Source: Geobacter metallireducens GS-15 (GTDB taxonomy: Bacteria > Desulfobacterota > Desulfuromonadia > Geobacterales > Geobacteraceae). From it: DNA of 32,000 bases. The position numbers were made by a program, and so were the translations under genes. The first letter of the stretch is position 1. Every line of letters begins with the position of its first letter. The notes under the pieces are model-generated. The model saw nothing but the letters and a program-made list of their open reading frames with translations, was not told the origin of the DNA and did not search any database. The stretch is taken from assembly GCF_000012925.1 (NCBI RefSeq), contig NC_007517.1:2820001-2852000 (forward strand), read 5' to 3'. Below, in pieces: positions 9,035 through 15,097 of the stretch.

Positions 9035-9239
9035 TCAATCAAATAGCTTTAGTCTTTTGTACCATGATTTCTGGTTTTCAAAATTGCGGCTTCTCATTTA
9101 ATCCCATTTCAATAAGCTATTTTAAGCTCGGAACACCATGATCTTAGTGTTTGGTTCTTCTATTCTTGCTCAACGGGGCTGCGCTTGATCTGCCGGACGT
9201 ATTCATGCCCGGTCAAGGTCTGAGCGCGGGTTGGACATT

Positions 9240-10160
9240 TTATAGCATTGCTGCTACAGCACACAATCGGTGTTTGAAATACTCGATCCAAGGGTCGTTA
9301 AAATTTATCGTGGCAGCAACAGTTGAAGGGAGTCGCCCAGCCAATCCGTTGCAATCGTGTGGTTGACCCGTCATGATACGCTCAACTTCATCTGCAAGAA
9401 TCAATGAAAACCATTTCCCCTTAAAAATTCTATGATGTTGACCTGTTTTGAAATATCTATCAATCTTCTTATTCGACAATTCCACTTTCCTCATCATTTC
9501 ATCGAAAGATATGTTTGTACGTTGCGCAAGTGTGCGGACAAGGGATTCAAGTGCAATCGTGTCTGTCATACCACAATTACGTGTCTGAATTCGTGAAGGT
9601 GCTCCATAGTTTGCTTCACCACGGATTCCATCTTCAATGAGACGGAAACACAATGCAATCCAGTCACGCCATAAGTGAGAAACCCTTCTGCACCATTCAG
9701 ATGAATTTCCAAGCACACCATGAAGCTTACGAGGATCAATCGAGGCAGCTGCCGCAACTCCAGTAACAAGATCGCCATGCTCAAATATGTAATTTTGAAC
9801 ATCATAATACTGTGTATATATGACGTGTGTTGATCGTAGTTGCTTGCGCTTTATATCGTCAATATCCTTGTCTAAAATGAAAATACAAGCCGTTCTTTTG
9901 CCTTCGAAAAAAGATATGAGCGCACTTTTTCGACGGAGGCACCTAAAATAAGAAATCAACGCTTCTTTGCCACCGGCTCCTCCAGAAATTTGTTGGGCTG
10001 TCGAAATCTCAAATTCAATACTATCGGGTAGTGAAGCTTTACAGACTTTAGCAAAAAAATACGGATCACTCTGCTTCCCTTCGACAAAAATGAAAAGTTG
10101 AGTATTGGAAATCTGCATTGAACGAATATGCCCTGAGTTTGAATGTATTAGACGACTCAT
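9240..10160 (-). CDS. DUF4435 / TOPRIM (OLD-family-like) nuclease-domain protein, AriB-like
   Basis: I start the ORF 9240..10196 at ATG 10160 (MSRLIHSN...), which has GAGGTGG 8 nt upstream; that Shine-Dalgarno sequence overlaps the ATPase stop. TOPRIM-type acidic motifs are LFIFVEGKQSDPYFF (Glu) and IFILDKDIDD (DxD). It directly follows an ABC-type ATPase gene, as in ATPase+DUF4435 pairs. Confidence 0.7.
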   Translation of the reverse strand: MSRLIHSNSGHIRSMQISNTQLFIFVEGKQSDPYFFAKVCKASLPDSIEFEISTAQQISGGAGGKEALISYFRCLRRKSALISFFEGKRTACIFILDKDIDDIKRKQLRSTHVIYTQYYDVQNYIFEHGDLVTGVAAAASIDPRKLHGVLGNSSEWCRRVSHLWRDWIALCFRLIEDGIRGEANYGAPSRIQTRNCGMTDTIALESLVRTLAQRTNISFDEMMRKVELSNKKIDRYFKTGQHHRIFKGKWFSLILADEVERIMTGQPHDCNGLAGRLPSTVAATINFNDPWIEYFKHRLCAVAAML

Positions 10161-10173
10161 ATATATGGCCACC

Positions 10174-10626
10174 TCATATCCTGAATATTTTATCATCAGA
10201 AATATCAGCCATTATTTCAGGCGAATGTGTAGCAAATATTAACTGTGCATCAGCATTAAGTGCTCGTATTGAACTAACCAAGTCTTTTTGCCAATCTATA
10301 TGCATTGAAATTTCAGGTTCATCTATTATAAGTGAACTATCACCAATAAGTAGAGATTCTACCAATATTTTAAGTAGGTGCTTTTCGCCAGATGACAGAG
10401 TTGCTAACCCTATATCTTCGCCTGACATGCTCTTAACCTGTATTGATTTGTCTCCAAAATGAATTGATTTATTAGCAGTAAACATTTTTGAGATAAGCTT
10501 TTGCAGCATGTCTCTTGAACTCACTGCTGACTTAATTTTTTCCTCTACTGAATCAATGTCTTGAACTACATCTTGTAATGTTTGATCAGTTACATATCGT
10601 TTTTCAAAATCACTTCTCTTTCCTAG
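10174..10626 (-). pseudogene. 3' fragment of an ABC/SMC-type ATPase (AriA-like) interrupted by IS5
   Basis: Contains the ABC signature LSSGEKHLL, Walker B SLIIDEPEISMH and H-loop FATHSPE. It is in frame with the 5' fragment once 10627-11971 is removed (see the finding on this gene pair). Confidence 0.85.
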
Positions 10627-11967
10627 CAGGTTGTTGAAAAACTAAACCTTTTTGATTCAATAAGTTAGCGAACTGTGCTATATTTTTACGCGTAACAATC
10701 TGAATTTACAGGAGAAAAGTTATGCGCGGCGCCGAGACAAAAACCGAAGCTCTGTTCTGTTATCTCTCCCCTGAGTCGTACGTCCCGAAGGACCACCCCT
10801 TGCGGTCGATCAGGGCGATGGTGGATAAGGCCCTTGCAGAGCTCAGCCCGCAATTCGAGGCCATGTACTCCCACACCGGCCGGCCCTCGATTCCTCCTGA
10901 GCAGTTGCTTAAAGCACTTCTGCTTCAGGCGCTGTACACCATCAGGAGTAACCGTCTGCTGGTGGAGCAGATCAGCTACAGCATCCTGTTCCGCTGGTTT
11001 GTGGGATTGGCCCTGGACGAGAAGGTCTGGGACCACTCCTCGTTTTCCACCAACCTGGAGCGGTTGATCGATACCGACGTGGCACGGCTGCTCTTGGCAA
11101 AAGTAGTTGAGCAGGCCCGAAGGGCAAAGCTGTTGTCCGACGAGCACTTCAGCGTTGACGGCACCCTCATCGAGGCGTGGGCTTCTATCAAGAGCTTTCG
11201 GCCCAAGGATGGACCAAAGCCTCCAGTGGGTCGTAACACGGAGCGTGATTTCCACGGCGAAAAGCTCAAAAACGACACCCATGCCTCCACCACCGATCCG
11301 GATGCGCGGATTGCCAGGAGAAGCTCGGGCAAAGAGGCGAAGCTCAGTTACCACGGGCACGCTCTCATGGAGAACCGCAACGGGATCATCGTCGATGCCA
11401 GAATCACCCACGCAACCGGTACCGCTGAGCGGGATACCGCAGTCGAGATGATCGCAGACGTCGCCGGTAACAAGCGGATCACCATGGGCGGCGACAAGGG
11501 CTACGACACCAAAGAGTGCGTCAAAGATCTGCGAGCACTCAAGGTAACCCCTCACATTGCTCAGAACACCGCTAACCGCCGCTCAGCCATCGATGGCAGG
11601 ACTACCCGCCACGAAGGCTACAAAACCAGCCTGAGGATTCGCAAGCGGATCGAAGAGGCCTTCGGCTGGCTCAAGACTGTCGGCAATCTCCGCAAGACCC
11701 GGCATCGGGGAATAGCGAAAGTCGACTGGTACTTCACCATGGCCATTGCGGCATACAATCTGGTCCGGCTGCGCAATCTCGGGACGAAAACGGCATAATC
11801 AGGGGAATAATGCGACTCTTGGTGGCAAAGCCCGCCCGAAAAGGCCAAATCAAGGTAAAAAGCAAAGTTTCAAAGAACGAATAGGGCGAGATCAATGCAA
11901 CTATCGGCCTAAAATGATCTCCTTGAAGGGGATTGCCCTGGAAATGAAGGAGTTTTTCAACGGCCTG
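10627..11967 (+). mobile_element. IS5-family insertion sequence (1341 bp) with 4-bp target duplication CTAG
   Basis: Terminal inverted repeats are CAGGTTGTTGAAAAACT (10627-10643) and the reverse complement of 11951-11967, CAGGCCGTTGAAAAACT (15/17). CTAG occurs at 10623-10626 and 11968-11971. A 4-bp CTAG-type duplication is typical of the IS5 group. Confidence 0.85.
10722..11798 (+). CDS. IS5-family DDE transposase
   Basis: 358 aa. The N-terminal domain (YVPKDHPLRSIRAMVD ... GRPSIPPEQLLKALLLQALYTIRSNRLLVEQISYSILFRWFVGL) is InsH-N-terminal-like. The DDE body includes SVDGTLIEAWAS, GDKGYD and RKRIEEAFGWLK. Confidence 0.9.
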   Translation: MRGAETKTEALFCYLSPESYVPKDHPLRSIRAMVDKALAELSPQFEAMYSHTGRPSIPPEQLLKALLLQALYTIRSNRLLVEQISYSILFRWFVGLALDEKVWDHSSFSTNLERLIDTDVARLLLAKVVEQARRAKLLSDEHFSVDGTLIEAWASIKSFRPKDGPKPPVGRNTERDFHGEKLKNDTHASTTDPDARIARRSSGKEAKLSYHGHALMENRNGIIVDARITHATGTAERDTAVEMIADVAGNKRITMGGDKGYDTKECVKDLRALKVTPHIAQNTANRRSAIDGRTTRHEGYKTSLRIRKRIEEAFGWLKTVGNLRKTRHRGIAKVDWYFTMAIAAYNLVRLRNLGTKTA

Positions 11968-12709
11968 CTAGAATTGAAGCGGTTGACTGCCTATCAAGAA
12001 ATGACTTAACCAAATCATACGCGGCGTTAGCAGTGAGTATGTTCTTTCCACAGCTATTTCTTACACTCTGAGGTGAAAGAACTGCTCGAAGTATGCTGGC
12101 TAATCCTTGCTCTTGTGCAGCGCGAACTACACCCAACATCTCAGCAGAATATTTACTCCATAGGATTTCAACTGATTTTGCAAATAATGAATCAAGGTTT
12201 TCTTCCGTTAGCCAAGGCCGACTACCACGGGGATTGTCTTGGGACAGAAAACTCATTTCGTCGCTTACATGGATACGCGAAGTAGGCAGGAACTGGTGCG
12301 CCCAGCGTGTATCTGCACCTTCTTTATCAGAACAAGACCATGACATGTTTTTTTGTAACAGCTGCTCGCGAATAATAACCATTTCATTTTCAATAAATGA
12401 AGGTTGCTTCTTTGATTTGCTAATTCTGGATGAACTATTCTTGCGTATAGCCTTTTTCTCAATTGATCGAGTAAATACCTTGTTGTAATTTAAAGAAAAT
12501 ATGCTTACTTCCGCAGACTTAAATGGAACACCGCTTAGGATCTCTGTCTCGTTAGCCATTGCAGAATGCAGAATTTTTAATAGGGAAGTCTTACCGCTCC
12601 CATTCTGGCCAAAGAATATATTGGTGTCACGATTAAGGTCCATTTCGAGAGGCTTGTCGCGACCAGCGAGCCCTTCAATTCTAAAAGACACGATATGAGA
12701 CATTGCCAT
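11968..12709 (-). pseudogene. 5' fragment of an ABC/SMC-type ATPase (AriA-like) interrupted by IS5
   Basis: MAMSHIVSFRIEGLAGRDKPLEMDLNRDTNIFFGQNGSGKTSLLK (Walker A GQNGSGKTS). The native reading frame ends at the CTAG target site; the track ORF continues 3 codons into the IS (AGR*). The second ATG (12703) has better Shine-Dalgarno spacing. Confidence 0.85.
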
Positions 12710-12830
12710 TTCCTTCCATATAATGATTTTTAAAAAATTCGAATATTACGTCGATTGTTCAACAGCTCAAGGCGCCAGCGGCGGAGCGTCAGCGGAGACC
12801 GCTGTCGCCGCTGGATACTATGTAAGGCCC

Positions 12831-12924
12831 CCCTTGGGGGCTGGGAAGGGGACGTAGTTGATTTGTTGATTTAAGCGTTGAGTTAGTCAACTAATCAACT
12901 ACGTCCCCCGATAGACCCCGAGGG
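12831..12924. repeat. copy 2 of the ~85-bp imperfect palindrome family
   Basis: Arms CCCTTGGGGGCT-GGGAA-GGGGACGTAGTTGATT and AATCAACTACGTCCCC-CGAT-AGACCCCGAGGG. The inner stem is 16 bp and perfect; the outer stem is about 12 bp with 2 mismatches; they are separated by an unpaired 5/4-nt internal loop. It begins directly at the stop codon of the Mrr-type gene. Confidence 0.9.
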
Positions 12925-13722
12925 TTATCTGTTTACTGCTTCAATACTTCCGTCTTCTCTAAGATAAAGAGAGTTGTTTTCAAATACATCTTCCATTATT
13001 GCTCGTGCGACATCATCAACTGTAATAATGTCTTCGGTTTGATGTTCATGCACTGCAACTGTGTATTCTGCCGATTTTATTTTCAGGTTACCTATTTCAG
13101 TGGGGAAATAGGCATCTTCTGGCTCAATTTCTTGAGATGAACCAGTAGGCAATAGTGTAAAGAGATCTCTGAACTTGCATTTCGGAGTACCTTGAGAGTC
13201 AAATATCAGCTCTCGGCCTGAAATGTCATGTGTTTGTAAGGAATAGACTTGAAGTCCTCTTTCGCGAAGCAGCTGTTTTGCATGATCAGTGTCGAACGTC
13301 AGATTGGTAACAGATATTTGCGGTATTTTGAAGTGACCGGTCAGGTGGATGGTCTTTAGGATGTAGTTCACTAGTATCAATCTGATGCCTTTCTCTTTGG
13401 CTAACAGTTTGGCTCCATTCTGAAAACCTTCGGTGGTGGCAAAAATCCCTGTTGCATTACCTATGTCCTCCAGAATTGAAGCGAAGGCAGCCACATGAGA
13501 TTTCTTAACAGATTCCTTGAATTGCTTGCATTCAATACAGGTTTTATACGTCACGCCAGCAAGACGAAATTCCCAGTAAACGTCGATTTGATGGGACGCA
13601 CCACTCTTACCTCTGAGCTTCACATTCTGCAATACTGTTATGTTCTCTACGCCATCGTTCTTAAGGAGCGCATCATGCACATCCTTAACAAGGCGTTCGT
13701 ATCCTTCAGACTCTTTTGTCAT
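12925..13722 (-). CDS. restriction endonuclease (Mrr_cat, PD-(D/E)xK) domain protein with an unassigned C-terminal half
   Basis: 265 aa. GASHQIDVYWEF ... YKTCIECKQFKESVKKSHVAAFASILEDIGNATGIFATTEGFQNGAKLLAKEKGIRLILVN fits the Mrr catalytic-domain pattern (D ... E-x-K, then the GIF-TT-GF segment). I cannot assign the last ~140 aa. Confidence 0.7.
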   Translation of the reverse strand: MTKESEGYERLVKDVHDALLKNDGVENITVLQNVKLRGKSGASHQIDVYWEFRLAGVTYKTCIECKQFKESVKKSHVAAFASILEDIGNATGIFATTEGFQNGAKLLAKEKGIRLILVNYILKTIHLTGHFKIPQISVTNLTFDTDHAKQLLRERGLQVYSLQTHDISGRELIFDSQGTPKCKFRDLFTLLPTGSSQEIEPEDAYFPTEIGNLKIKSAEYTVAVHEHQTEDIITVDDVARAIMEDVFENNSLYLREDGSIEAVNR

Positions 13723-13763
13723 TCGATTTTATGCTCCAGATAACGGGGCTGAGGGTGTGCGGT

Positions 13764-13855
13764 CTTGGGGGCTGGGAAGGGGACGTAGTTGATTTGTTGA
13801 TTTAAGCGTTGAGTTAGTCAACTAATCAACTACATCCCCCGATAGACCCCCATGG
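13764..13855. repeat. copy 3 of the ~85-bp imperfect palindrome family
   Basis: Same core as copies 1 and 2 with one substitution (CTACATCCCC versus CTACGTCCCC). It lies between the higA-like stop and the Mrr-type gene start. Confidence 0.9.
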
Positions 13856-13942
13856 CAGTTAGGAGGAAACTTAGAGTGTCAGGTCTACACCTTGACACTT
13901 TCTGGTAGAACGAAAGCTATCCCTCGCCGCTCTCCAGTCTGA

Positions 13943-14319
13943 TCAAGCCGCGTTTTTGTAAGTATTGTAAGGCTGAATCAGAACGTCTGCCGGTATGCCG
14001 AGACCTTTATGAAGATTCCGGATCATCTCCATGGTCAGCGAACGTTTGCGGTTAAGCACTTCTGATACACGGGCGCGGCTCCCGATATAAGGCTCGAGGT
14101 CGCGACGTGTCAGCCCGCGGCTTTCCATGTAATACAAATTGCCTCAATCGGATCAGGCATAGGGATGCTATAGCGCCTTTCCTCATAGGCTTCCACAAGG
14201 ATTGCCAGCACATCCAGCCGATCTCCTTCAGGTGTATCGGGAGCGGCGTCGAACAGAAGCTCAATCTCTTTGAGCGCGGCCTGATAATCGACCTCGGTTT
14301 TTATAGGTCTGATTTCCAT
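13943..14319 (-). pseudogene. higA: HigA-family (COG5499-type, XRE HTH) antitoxin with a frameshift
   Basis: Track ORFs 14110..14379 (from Met 14319: MEIRPIKTEVDYQAALKEIELLFDAAPDTPEGDRLDVLAILVEAYEERRYSIPMPDPIEAI) and 13943..14137 (YYMESRGLTRRDLEPYIGSRARVSEVLNRKRSLTMEMIRNLHKGLGIPADVLIQPY) are the two halves of one protein family. They are offset by one nucleotide near 14128-14135 (GCAATTTGTATTACATGG). GGAG lies 7 nt before ATG 14319. Confidence 0.7.
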
Positions 14320-14332
14320 ATAATTTCTCCGT

Positions 14333-14416
14333 TCAGATTGTTGCCGCATCAATTTTGTCGTACTCACGATGAGTACCAACGGAATATAGAGTGTCTACAC
14401 CTCGTCTCTCTATGAC
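14333..14416 (-). pseudogene. higB: 3' remnant of a HigB-family (COG4680-type) toxin gene
   Basis: The last 27 codons of track ORF 14333..14872 read VIERRGVDTLYSVGTHREYDKIDAATI*. This matches the conserved C-terminus of this toxin family (..F/YIGTHxEYDKIDAxTI). The stop lies 13 nt before the higA-like ATG. Everything upstream is trpF terminator or trpF, so about 70 codons are missing. Confidence 0.6.
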
Positions 14417-14419
14417 CAT

Positions 14420-14456
14420 GCAAGAAAAGGGGTTGGAATTCCTTCCGTCCCCTTTC
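14420..14456 (-). terminator. putative terminator of trpF at the island junction
   Basis: Stem AAAGGGG (14426-14432) / CCCCTTT (14449-14455) encloses the GGAATTCC palindrome. The minus strand continues with TTTTCTTG. It starts about 30 nt after the trpF stop (14485-14487). Confidence 0.45.
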
Positions 14457-14484
14457 CGATACATTGTCCCGCCCCTCCAGGCCT

Positions 14485-15093
14485 CTATGCTTTCGCCCGT
14501 CGAATAAACTCCCGCACCTTGGCCGCATCCTTTCGGCCCGGGGCGCTCTCCACACCGCCCGAAACGTCCACGGCGTAAGGGTTCACTGCCTCCACCGCCT
14601 CGCGAATGTTGTCGGGGGTGAGCCCGCCGGCAAGGATGACCGGGCCGAACTCCTTGGCCGCCGCTGCGATGTCCCAGTTGAAGGTGAGGCCGGTGCCGCC
14701 GTAGGCCTTGGGGGAATAGGCATCGAGGAGATGGGCCGCGACGCGGTAGTGCTTGATCGGGTCGAGACTCGTGATGTCCTGTACCCGGAAGGCCTTGATC
14801 ACCCGGCGCTCCACGGCTGCGCAGAACTCGGGAGGCTCGTCGCCGTGGAGCTGGACCAGGTCGATGCGGCACCGGGCCGCTGTTTCGTTGACGTATGCGA
14901 TGGGGCGGTTTACGAAGAGGCCCACGGTCTGCACGAAGGGGGGAAGCCCGGCGATGATGCCGGTGGCCTGCTCGGGGGGCACGTGACGGGGAGAGTCTTC
15001 ATGGAAGACGAAGCCGAGGGCATCGGCTCCGGCCTCCACCGCCATGAGGGCGTCCTCCAGGGAGGTTATGCCGCAGATCTTGACGCGAACCAT
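14485..15093 (-). CDS. trpF: phosphoribosylanthranilate isomerase
   Basis: 202 aa. MVRVKICGITSLEDALMAVEAGADALGFVF ... VQLHGDE ... ILAGGLTPDNI, typical TrpF. Start lies 4 nt after the trpB2 stop. Confidence 0.9.
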   Translation of the reverse strand: MVRVKICGITSLEDALMAVEAGADALGFVFHEDSPRHVPPEQATGIIAGLPPFVQTVGLFVNRPIAYVNETAARCRIDLVQLHGDEPPEFCAAVERRVIKAFRVQDITSLDPIKHYRVAAHLLDAYSPKAYGGTGLTFNWDIAAAAKEFGPVILAGGLTPDNIREAVEAVNPYAVDVSGGVESAPGRKDAAKVREFIRRAKA

Positions 15094-15097
15094 GCGC

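Noticed and set aside
9041-9167. AT-rich 130-nt stretch between palindrome copy 1 and the 69-bp hairpin, considered as a tiny cassette or small ORF.
   Set aside because: The longest reading frames are under 20 codons and lack a Shine-Dalgarno sequence. I see no structure or repeat. It may be the remnant of a decayed cassette, but nothing can be supported from the sequence alone.
10686-11555. 289-aa antisense ORF inside the IS5 element. Also several 60-130-aa ORFs antisense to the low-GC island genes (9151-9366, 10118-10462, 12093-12488, 13495-13743).
   Set aside because: All lie opposite ORFs with clear family signatures. None has a start context or motifs. The one inside the IS is a typical shadow ORF of the transposase gene.
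8910-13855. Possible CRISPR array formed by the three ~85-bp repeats.
   Set aside because: There are only three copies. The spacings are about 3.8 kb and 0.85 kb and contain full-length genes. The repeat is about 85 bp and strongly palindromic. No cas genes are present.
14444-14462. Similarity between the trpF terminator arm (CGTCCCCTTTCCGATA) and the right arm of the palindromic repeat (CGTCCCCCGATA), which could be a relic attachment site.
   Set aside because: Only 7+5 matching nucleotides with a 4-nt gap in G/C-rich sequence. This is too short to distinguish from chance without comparative data.
14333-14872. 179-aa ORF on the minus strand spanning the trpF 3' region.
   Set aside because: Only its last 27 codons (the HigB-like tail) are meaningful. 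The rest overlaps trpF in another frame, crosses the trpF terminator, and is Arg/Pro/Gly-rich shadow sequence.
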